Origin: an uncultured Chthonomonadaceae bacterium
Lineage (GTDB): Bacteria > Armatimonadota > Chthonomonadetes > Chthonomonadales > Chthonomonadaceae
Assembly (NCBI GenBank): GCA_963817895.1
Contig: CAWFQB010000005.1
Span: 512,001 to 576,000, forward strand
DNA: 64,000 nucleotides
Reading direction: 5' to 3'
The position numbers and the translations under genes are program-made. Below the pieces are notes generated by a model. The model saw only the letters and a program-made list of their open reading frames with translations. It was not told the origin of the DNA and made no database searches. Below are positions 53,068 to 64,000 of the stretch, piece after piece. The stretch's first letter is position 1; each line of letters opens with the position of its first letter.

Positions 53068-53579
53068 AGTCTAAGGTCTTCTTTCTATAATGCGATGGGA
53101 ATATGGGATGGCAGTAATTTTCTATCTGCCTGAAGCGGACAGGTGTTTTATTTTATTATACCGCGCAGGGGCGCGAACCCTGAAGGTCAACAGGATGGTA
53201 TCTGTTCTCTGACAGGCAAAACGGGAACAATAATGCAGATGAGCGCGTCTGTTTTCCAGTCGCGCTAACCCCCATCGGCGCGTTTTCAGCAGAAAATCCA
53301 ATACTATCGCGTTAAACAATTCACGTTTTCCTGTGCCGCCGCCAAAATTTCCTGTTTTCAACGCGAATACGCAGGAAAACGCGCAGGCTATCTATAATCT
53401 AGCCTTGCAGACAACGACTTTTGAAGCTATTTTGAATTAATGCTGTCTGGATGCGCGACAAAGCGAAGCAATCGGGTATTCTTTTCAGAACGCCCCGCTT
53501 GCTCCTTGCTTATTCCTGAATTGAGGAAACGCCGGACAGCGCCCCTGAACAACCCAGAACCCTTTGGAGGAATGAAACC

Positions 53580-54452
53580 GTGAAAACCAATATGCAGCGT
53601 AACCTGATGTGCGCCTTTGCCGGAATGTTGAGTCTGGCCGTCGCCGCGTCCCTGACCACGCCCGCCAACGCGCAGGCCAAAATGAAAAAGCAGAAGAGCG
53701 CTCCCATGCAGAAAGACAGCATGATGAAGAGCGACAAGATGCAGGGCAACATGATGATGGACAAGAACGCCAGCGCGGAAGAGCATCGCATGCAGACGCT
53801 GGGCGAAAAGTTCGGCGATTACAAATACATTGATCCCGCGCCCCTGAACTATCCGATGGCCGCGCCCGACTCGCTGGACATTTACCATTTCGACAGCTAC
53901 ACCGGCGACCGGATTATGGCTGGCTCCGTTGTGGATCATCGCATGGACAAAATGATGATGGCGGACAAGACGGCCATGAAGATGGACAAGATGAACCATC
54001 GCATGACGCGCGGCGCGTACTACGATGATCCCTTTACCGCCGATCCCGCGCCCGTCAACTACCCGCTCGCCGCGCCGTCCAGCCTCGACCTGTACCATTT
54101 CAGCGACTATACGATGAATGAACTGCGCACAGGCTCCGCCACCGACAAAAAGATGGACAAGATGATGATGCAGGACAAAATGGTGCCGGGAAGCCGCTCG
54201 TTCTCGCGCCAGTCCTACTACGACAACCCGTACATGGCCGATCCCGCGCCCGTCAACTACCCGCTCGCCGCGCCTGCCAGCCTCGACCTGTACCATTTCA
54301 GCGACTACACCATGAATGAACTGCGCACAGGCTCTGCCGCTGACACAAAGATGGACAAGCAGATGATGAAAGACAACATGACGCCGGGCAGCGGCAAAAT
54401 GGACAAGATGGACAAAGGCGCGAAAAAGTCTTCCGGCAAAATGAAGAAGTAA
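53580..54452 (+). CDS. Exported Met/Lys/Asp-rich (MxKD-type) protein with three internal repeats
   Basis: Signal peptide; MDKMMM tracts alternate with DPAP.NYP.AAP.SLD.YHF..YT x3; GGAGG RBS. Confidence 0.85.
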   Translation: MKTNMQRNLMCAFAGMLSLAVAASLTTPANAQAKMKKQKSAPMQKDSMMKSDKMQGNMMMDKNASAEEHRMQTLGEKFGDYKYIDPAPLNYPMAAPDSLDIYHFDSYTGDRIMAGSVVDHRMDKMMMADKTAMKMDKMNHRMTRGAYYDDPFTADPAPVNYPLAAPSSLDLYHFSDYTMNELRTGSATDKKMDKMMMQDKMVPGSRSFSRQSYYDNPYMADPAPVNYPLAAPASLDLYHFSDYTMNELRTGSAADTKMDKQMMKDNMTPGSGKMDKMDKGAKKSSGKMKK

Positions 54453-54661
54453 CCCGCGCAAAGTATTTTTGCCGTTTTCCTGAATTTTGCTTGCACAGGA
54501 CGGCTTGCGTGTGGTAACATTAAACTACATTTCTGGTTGACAGATGCGAGGGGCTGCAAACGCGGTCCGGCGCTTGATGTAGGCCGGTATCCTGATGAGA
54601 CTGCCCCGCGTGGCAATTCTCGCCGCGATACCGGCCTTTCGCGTGTTCTGGAACGGATGTA

Positions 54662-55033
54662 ATGAACCGACCGACGAAGGGGACTCTGGAAGCCGAAATC
54701 GCCAACGCCATTACGCGCTTTCATCGGGAACAGCAGGGACGCGGACCAACGGATGTGCGCGCGCACCTGATAGGCGATCTGGTTCTGGCGCGTTGCGCGG
54801 GGATTTTTACGCCCACCGAAGCGCGATTGGCGGTCACGGACGAGGGCCGCAAACTTATCAAAAGCGCGCGTCAGGAGTTGCGCAGCATCAACCATCTGGA
54901 AATAGAGGGCATTGTTGCCGCTCTTGTCGGCTGTCCGGTACTGCGCAGTTACTGCGACGTGAATACCGAAGTCGGGGAACAGATGGAAGTGTACGCGCTG
55001 GAAGCCGACATAGAAAAGCGGCTGGCGCGGTAA
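54662..55033 (+). CDS. DUF2294 / MpsC-family protein
   Basis: TKG.LEAEI.NAI..F..E..GRGP.DVR, G..TP.E..L, GR.LIK..R. Confidence 0.88.
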   Translation: MNRPTKGTLEAEIANAITRFHREQQGRGPTDVRAHLIGDLVLARCAGIFTPTEARLAVTDEGRKLIKSARQELRSINHLEIEGIVAALVGCPVLRSYCDVNTEVGEQMEVYALEADIEKRLAR

Positions 55034-55308
55034 GAACTTGAGATAGAGAATTTTACAGGATTTGCGGTTGCCATGAGGAGGGGTAAGTTTTAGGCTTACC
55101 TGTCTGAGCGGAGGCCGAAGTTCGCAGACATGGAAACGTTTTCGCGTTTCTTGTGTCTTGCGTAACTTCGGCCTCTTTTTGTTTGCAAACCTGAAAAGCT
55201 TCATTCCTCGCAAGGAAAGAGTGACTGTAAGAGGGGTTGAACCCTTAAATAGCCCCTCTCCTAGCGAGGAACGAGCGACCAGGAGAGGGGTTGGGGTGAG
55301 GTAAATTC

Positions 55309-55392
55309 ATGCAGGACATTTTCTACACGGTTATCATTGTTGTTTTCTTCGCCGCCACCGCCGCTTATGTGCGCGGCTGCGACAAACTCTGA
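55309..55392 (+). CDS. Small hydrophobic kdp-upstream peptide (KdpG-like)
   Basis: MQDIFYTVIIVVFFAATAAYVRGCDKL*, 27 aa, immediately before kdpF; not in ORF track. Confidence 0.75.
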   Translation: MQDIFYTVIIVVFFAATAAYVRGCDKL

Positions 55393-55404
55393 GGAGAAAC
55401 GGTT

Positions 55405-55491
55405 ATGTTCGATTACCTTTGGACAGGCGCGGTCGCTCTTCTCCTCCTCGCCTATCTACTGTACGCGCTGCTGAAGCCGGAGCGTTTTTAG
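55405..55491 (+). CDS. kdpF: K+-transporting ATPase subunit F
   Basis: MFDYLWTGAVALLLLAYLLYALLKPERF*, canonical YL.YAL..PE.F; GAGGAG RBS. Confidence 0.92.
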   Translation: MFDYLWTGAVALLLLAYLLYALLKPERF

Positions 55492-55570
55492 AGCCTACAT
55501 CAACAGGTTCCCTTCTCCCAAATCTGGGAGAAGGGGTTAGGGGTTGAGGGCTTTTACCGGGAGGAACTCT

Positions 55571-57438
55571 ATGACACCCAATGGCGTCATCCAAATTTTA
55601 CTGTTTTTTACGCTGATCATGCTGGTGACGAAACCGCTCGGCGCGTACATGGCTCGCGTGTTCGATGGCGAACGGACACTCTTGTCGCCGCTCTTTCGCC
55701 CGATTGAAAAACTCTTCTACGGCATGTTCGGCGTCCGTGAAGAGGAGGATATGAAGTGGACGACGTATGCCTTCGCCATGCTGATGTTCAGCGTGGTCGG
55801 CATCGTGTTCACCTATATCCTGCTGCGCTTTCAGGGACACTTGCCTCTCAACCCCAAAGGTTTCAGCGGCAAGGACATGACGCCCGATCTCGCCTTCAAT
55901 ACGGCGAACTCGTTCGCGACCAATACCAACTGGCAAGCCTATGTGCCGGAAACAACCGTCAGCTACTTTTCCAATATGGTGTCGCTTGCCATTCACAACT
56001 GGATGTCGGCGGCGACTGGCATGGCGATTGCGATTGCGCTTGATACGCGGTTTTGCCCGACGCTCGGCAAACGGCATCGGCAACTTCTGGGTGGATATGA
56101 CGCGCTGTACGCTGTACATCCTGCTGCCGCTTAGTTTTGTCGCCGCGCTGCTTTTCGTGTGGCAGGGCGTCCCGCAGAACTTCCACGCTTATACCGATGT
56201 GAAAACGCTGGAGGGCGCGGCGCAGTCCATCGCGCAGGGCCCGGTCGCTTCGCAGGAAGCCATTAAGATGTTAGGCACGAACGGCGGCGGCTTTTTCAAC
56301 GCCAATAGCGCGCACCCGTTCGAGAACCCGACGCCGCTTGCCAACCTTGTTGCAGATGTTTCTGATCTTCTGCATCCCCGCCGGCCTGACGTACACATTC
56401 GGCAAAATGGTGGGTAACACCAAACAGGGATGGGCGCTGTTCGGAGCCATGTCCGCGCTGTTCTTTACGGGCGTGTTCGTGTGCTACGGAGCCGAGTCCA
56501 AAGGCGTGCCGACTGCGGCAAGCGCGGCGCACATTCTGACCGTAGATACGGGAACGCAGCCCGGCGGCAACATGGAGGGGAAAGAAACGCGCTTCGGCAT
56601 CGCCAATTCCGCCCTGTTCGCGACCGTGACAACAGATGCAAGCTGCGGCGCGGTCAACAGTATGCACGACAGTTACACGCCGCTTGGCGGCATGGTTCCC
56701 CTGTTCAACATTATGACGGGCGAAATCATCTTCGGCGGCGTGGGCGCGGGCTTGTACGGAATTCTGATGTACGCGATTATCGCGGTCTTCATTGCCGGCC
56801 TGATGGTCGGGCGGACGCCGGAATATCTGGGCAAAAAGATCGAGCAGTACGAGGTGAAAATGGCGATGCTGGCCGTCCTGGTTCTGGCTGCCGACATTCT
56901 GTGCTTTACGGCCATTTCCACCAACCTGAATATCGCGCCGGGAGCCACGTCGCAGACGTTTACCGACAAGCAGACAGCGGATGAGAGCAAACTGACGCAG
57001 CAGTTCCCGTCCGCGCAGTGGAACCACGTCAACAACAGCAGTCCGAGCAACTACTACGGCGCGACCTACAACAACCAGAACAACAGCGGGGCGCACGGCT
57101 TCTCGGAAATCCTGTACGCCTACACGTCGGCAACGGGCAACAACGGTTCGGCCTTCGCGGGCATCACGGCGAACACGCCCTACTACAACCTGACGCTCGG
57201 TATTGCCCTGCTCATCGGGCGCTTTATGATGATTATTCCGCTTCTGGCGATTGCGGGCAGTCTGGCAAAGAAGAAGTTCGTACCCGAATTGGCAGGCACG
57301 TTCCCGACAGACAGCGCGACGTTCAGTATCCTGCTCGTCGGCGTGGTTCTGATTGTGGGCGCGTTGACGTTCTTCCCGGCGCTCGCCCTCGGCCCCATCG
57401 TGGAACACTTCCAGATGCTTGGCGGCAAGACGTTTTGA
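55571..57438 (+). CDS. kdpA: K+-transporting ATPase subunit A (two frameshifts)
   Basis: [51 protein letters not shown]. Confidence 0.96.
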
Positions 57439-57540
57439 CCACAGATTACACAGATTACACAGATTAGCAGATAGGCGATCTGCGCGGAGTAGACGCTAAA
57501 GCTTATCCCGTGAAATCTGTGTAATCTGTGTAATCTGTGG
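57438..57540. repeat. Inverted nonamer repeat (CACAGATTA)n
   Basis: (ACAGATTAC)x3 ... (AATCTGTGT)x3 between kdpA and kdpB. Confidence 0.9.
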
Positions 57541-57555
57541 ATAAGGACACCAACT

Positions 57556-59685
<2,130 letters not shown>

Positions 59686-59697
59686 AAGGAGCCTTCC

Positions 59698-60354
59698 ATG
59701 TTACAACAACTGCGCGCCGCTGTGGTCAGCGTGCTGGTGATTACGGTCTTAACGGGATTGATTTTCCCGCTTGCGATAACGGCGATTGCCGGAGTGGTCT
59801 TTCCCCGACAGGCGAACGGCAGCCTGATCGAGCAGAATGGCAAAGTGGTGGGTTCCGCGCTCATCGGCCAGAACTTTGCCGCGCCGGGTTACTTTCATCC
59901 GCGCCCTTCCGCTGCGGGCAACGGCTACGACGCGGCCAATTCGAGCGGCACGAACCTGGGGCCGACAAGCGATAAACTGATTAACGGCATCCACAAGAAG
60001 ACGGCGGATGGCAAGGACGATCCGGGCAACTTCGACGGCATCAAAGACCTTGCCGACGCTTACCGCAAAGAGAACAATCTGTCGCCCACACAGGACATCC
60101 CTGCCGACGCCGCCACCCGTTCCGCCAGCGGACTGGATGCGGAAATCAGCCCCGCGAACGCGGAATTGCAAATCGGGCGCGTCGCCAAACAGCGCGGGTT
60201 GGGCGAAGATCAGGTGAAGAAACTTGTCGAGGAGAATACGGCAGGCCGTCAGTTGGGCGTGTTGGGCGAACCCCGCGTCAACGTTCTCAAACTGAATCTC
60301 GCCATAGACCAGGCCGCGCCCGGTAAATCCGGCGCGACGCCGCCAAGCCCGTAA
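59698..60354 (+). CDS. kdpC: K+-transporting ATPase subunit C
   Basis: QANGSLI, GSALIGQNF, YFHPRPSA, SASGLD..IS, GEPRVNVLKLNLA. Confidence 0.97.
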   Translation: MLQQLRAAVVSVLVITVLTGLIFPLAITAIAGVVFPRQANGSLIEQNGKVVGSALIGQNFAAPGYFHPRPSAAGNGYDAANSSGTNLGPTSDKLINGIHKKTADGKDDPGNFDGIKDLADAYRKENNLSPTQDIPADAATRSASGLDAEISPANAELQIGRVAKQRGLGEDQVKKLVEENTAGRQLGVLGEPRVNVLKLNLAIDQAAPGKSGATPPSP

Positions 60355-60514
60355 CTTTTACGCGGGACATAAACCTCTTTCGCAAGTCCTTGCCGGCGCG
60401 GCAGGTTCTATCGCATCCGACAGACTTATGAAAGAGGTCTACTGCTTCAGTGAAATAACCATTTATCCGTGTGACTATTCCTGAACTTCGACGAAGGAGT
60501 TTGTAGGGAGAAAA

Positions 60515-61923
60515 ATGAAGAAGGTATTGAGGACGAGCGCGAATTTCATTCAGAACGGCAAGGCAGGCGCAATACTGGCCGCCGCTCTGCTTACCATGAC
60601 GGCTGCGGCAAAAGCGGAGGATACCGCTGCCAAGCCGGACAAACCCACCCCTGCGCCGGTTCAGGCCGCGCCCGCGCAGAACAACCCGCCGCAGACGAGT
60701 ACGCCGCCACAGAAGCCCGCCGAAGGCCAGCCTGCCGCGCCCGCCGCGCCTGCCGCCACGCCGCCCGGAACCGTGACGTACTCCGGCCTCATTGACGTGT
60801 ACTACGGCGTCAACGCCCGCGCCCCACATAGCCCCGCGGGCGGAGGTCCCTTCGGCAAATCTTACGCCGGCCTTGTCTTCCCCAATGGCGAACGCTTCGG
60901 CATTGACAACGTGGGACGCTCCTTCGATGTCAATGACCGCGAACCCTCATTCAGCCTGGGCGAGTTCAACATTACGCGCACTGAAGGCAAAGGCTTTCCG
61001 CTTGGCGTCACCGCTACGCTCACGCTGGGCGATACCGCCCGTCTTGTCCACGCGACGGAACCTGGCGGCACGAGCAGTTGGCAAACGTTGCAGCAGTTGT
61101 ACCTGACCAAAACCATTCATGCGGGCGGACGCGATATTGCCATTGACGGCGGCATCTTCGTTTCGCCCATCGGCATCGAGGTGATTGAGAGTACTAGCAA
61201 CGACAACTACTCGCGCAGTTTCGCGTTCAATACGGTACGCCGCTCTACCATGCGGGTTTTCGCGCCACCCTGCCCCTGTCGTCGAAATTGCAGTTGATGG
61301 GCGCAATCGTCAACGGCTGGAACAACAACGCGGATGACAACGACGGCAAAACCGCTATCGCGCAGCTAACATGGAAGCCGACGGGCAAGTTCACGGGCAT
61401 AGCCAGCTTCATCGGCGGTTCGGAAGGCACGGGCGCGTATGGCCCCGTCTTCGCCCCCAAAAATCAGGCGGGCATCAACACCTACCTGTACGAGGCGCAG
61501 GGTATCTTGCAGGTGACACCGGCCTTAAAACTCTCCGGCGTCGTGGATTATGGAACCGCGTCGGGACACACGCTGCTTGGCGTTCCCGGCGGCGCAACGG
61601 CGCAGGGGCATGTTTCCGGCACATGGCTGGGCGTGGGCGGGTACGCGCGTTACCAGATCAACTCGAAACTGGCGCTGGCCGGACGTATCGAGCAATTCGA
61701 CGACAATGCGGGCGCGGGCGGCGTGGGACTGCGGACGGGCGGGCTGGGCTATAACCGCCTGCGCGAAGGAACCGTGACGCTGGAATACGCTCTCCTGCGC
61801 GGCCATCTCATCTCGCGTCTGGAATACCGCCACGACGCTTCCAACCAGAACTTCTTCGGCGCGGGAAGCAACGCCGTCCGCGATCAGGACACCATCTACG
61901 GCAGCGCGGCGTACAAATTTTAG
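60515..61923 (+). CDS. Outer-membrane beta-barrel porin (DUF1597/BBP2-like), copy 2, frameshift near 61230
   Basis: Mature region highly similar to copy 1; terminal YKF. Confidence 0.87.
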
Positions 61924-62041
61924 TTTGCAGCGTATAAAAGGCTATCTATAATCGGACAAGCGCATTTTACGCCACTCCGGTAGCAAGATAGGCCGGTAAC
62001 GGCGGCACGTTTGTTGGATACGCCGAAAGGGGGTGATTTTC

Positions 62042-62107
62042 ATGTCCAAGAAGAAAGATGACAAGAAGGGAAAGAAGAAGGGCGACAAGAAAGGTAAGAA
62101 GAAATGA
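62042..62107 (+). CDS. Lysine-rich micropeptide
   Basis: MSKKKDDKKGKKKGDKKGKKK* preceded by a strong SD GAAAGGGGGTGA. Confidence 0.55.
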   Translation: MSKKKDDKKGKKKGDKKGKKK

Positions 62108-62212
62108 TTCTCAGGTGTCAGGTGTCAGGTGTCAGGTGTCAGGTAATTCCTACTAAATGTAGTCTCTTCCTGAAACCTGAAACCTGAAACCTGACACCTA
62201 CAAAGGCTGTGC

Positions 62213-63832
62213 ATGAACCTGAACGTCACTCCGTTTTTCTGGCTGATTTTGATTGCGTTTATTGTCGCGCTGGCGGCGCGGCGCGTGAAGGTTCCCTACG
62301 CCCTCGCGCTGGTTGTCACGGGGCTGGTATTGGGAGCGGCGCATCTGCTGCCGCACACGCATCTGGAACCGTCGCTGCTGTTTACCGTGTTTTTGCCGCC
62401 CCTGTTGTTCGAGTCGGCGATGCACTGCGATGGAAGACTTGAGGCGGGACTGGATGCCCATCGGCATTTATACCCTTGCGGGAACAGTGCGTCCACCTTT
62501 ATTGTCGGCGGGTTGACCGCATGGGGACTGCATATTCCTTTCGCGGCGGGGTGCGTGTTCGGCGCGTTGATTTCGGCGACCGACCCGATTTCGGTTATCG
62601 CCATTTTCAAGCGGTTGGGCGCGGGCAAGCGCCTGACGCTGATTATGGAGGCGGAAAGCCTGTTCAACAACGATACCGCTGTGGTGCTGTTCGCCGTCAT
62701 GCTGCGGCGTAATGGCGGGCGGCAAAATTTCGCTGATGCAGGGTATCGGGCAGTTTGTGCAGTTGGTTGCCGGGGGCGCGGCGTTGGGAACCGCGATTGG
62801 CCTGTTTGGCGTCCCGCGTCCATAACGAATTAAACGATCATCTGGTGGAAATCACGCTTACGACGGTTGTGGCGTTTGGCTCATATCTGTGCGCCGAAAC
62901 GCTGCACGTATCGGGTGTTATGGCGGTCGTGGCGGCGGGGCTGGTGATTGGCAATGTGGGGATGCAGACGGCCATGACGCCCGGTACGCGCCTGGCCGTA
63001 ACCGCGTTCTGGGAATACGCCGGGTTTGTGGTCAATTCCATTGTGTTCCTGCTGGTCGGCATCGAAGTGGGGTTCGTGGATTGGCGGCACAAAATCGGTC
63101 TGGCCTTGGTTGCGGTCGTTATCGTCCTGGTCGGACGGGCCGCGATTTATCCGATTTCGCTGGTGGTGAACCGCTTAAAAGGGGATGTTCCCCTGTCGTG
63201 GCAGCATGTGCTGTTTTGGGGCGGATTGCGCGGCGCGCTTTCAATGGCGTTGGTATTGGGGCTGGATAAAGATTTTCCGCAGCGGGAAACGCTGGTGGCG
63301 GGAACGTTCGGCGTGGTGCTGTTTTCCCTGCTGGCGCAGGGGCTGACGGTCGGGCCATTGATGAATAAGCTGGGCCTGTCCAACGCGCAGCATCACGAAC
63401 CCAAAGACCATCGGCGGCTGGCGAATGAACTGGTGGCGTGCCAGGCGGCGATTGCCGAATTGGAGCATCTGCGCGCTGACCGAAGCCCACGCGAACTGGT
63501 CTATCGAACTGCTGATGCGCGATTATCGCGCGCGGCTTACCACGCTGGAACAGGCGCTGGAAGAGGTACAGCCGGGCCATAAAGTTCTGCACCGCAAACA
63601 GGCAGCGCGCGCGAAACGGCTGGCGCTGCAAGCCGAAAAAAGCTCTTTGCAGGAAGCCGAGCGGCAAGGCTGGCTGGACGAAGACGACTGGCGCGACCTG
63701 TCCGCCCGCATTGATGGGGAACTGCTGGCATTACATGGGGAGGAAAGTGATAAGATGATCGAAGCTGTAAGGAATAAGCAGGATGCAATCTTGCACTTAT
63801 GCTTGCCTCATCCCTTACACCTTAACCCTTAG
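62213..63832 (+). CDS. CPA1 (NhaP-type) Na+(K+)/H+ antiporter, frameshifted
   Basis: FLPPLLFE, FGALISATDPISV, EAESLFND, SGVMAVV, WGGLRGALS. Confidence 0.9.
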
Positions 63833-63847
63833 CGCTTATCTAAACAC

Positions 63848-64000
63848 ATGCAAAACCTGAAAACGCAATTATGGGTAAGTCACCTGCTTCTGGTGCTGCT
63901 GCTGGTGCTGGTGATGGCGGGGGCGATTGTTAATTTTGTTCGATTGGGGCGTTCCGTGGACCGCATCCTGAAGGACAATTACAAGAGCGTGATTGCCGCG
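63848..64000 (+). CDS. Probable membrane sensor histidine kinase, N-terminus (partial)
   Basis: MQNLKTQLWVSHLLLVLLLVLVMAGAIVNFVRLGRSVDRILKDNYKSVIAA: TM then IL.DNY.SV, as in sensors accompanying kdp loci. Confidence 0.65.
   Translation, partial: MQNLKTQLWVSHLLLVLLLVLVMAGAIVNFVRLGRSVDRILKDNYKSVIAA

Noticed and set aside
53427..54461. His-rich 344-aa minus-strand ORF
   Set aside because: It is the antisense shadow of the Met-rich gene (ATG codons read as CAT).
54549..54607. Hammerhead ribozyme or fluoride riboswitch (CTGATGAG, AAACGC)
   Set aside because: The GAAA core is missing (CAAA), stem I does not abut CUGAUGA, and the fluoride pseudoknot pairing is absent.

Overview
Chromosomal window of a GC-rich diderm bacterium, probably Armatimonadota. 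This is inferred from the DUF1559 N-methyl-Phe pseudopilin, the PEP-CTERM tail and the gene repertoire. It carries housekeeping genes (ruvC, trpF, prs, glmU, HIT, Nif3), a TetR-EmrA-TolC-EmrB efflux operon, an ANTAR regulator-porin-amt-glnK nitrogen uptake locus and a DUF2294-kdp(G)FABC-porin-NhaP-kinase potassium locus. Many long genes are split by scattered single-base indels, most likely unpolished long-read errors. Highlights read from the sequence are: (1) a beta-propeller/redoxin fusion with an in-frame UGA in a W-U-G-P-C motif followed by a SECIS-like hairpin, i.e. a probable selenoprotein; (2) tandem ANTAR-type hairpins and an overlapping alternative hairpin in the porin-amt-glnK leader; (3) two highly similar, inverted beta-barrel porin paralogs, one serving the NH4+ locus and one the K+ locus; (4) a shared G(G/A)AAC-N17-CGTC ECF-type promoter ahead of several stress-type genes; (5) dense families of heptamer/octamer/nonamer and palindromic repeats, several inserted in frame inside proteins; (6) remnants of an IS605/TnpB right end and an IS3 orfA; (7) unannotated small peptides. 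No rRNA, tRNA or CRISPR array was seen.
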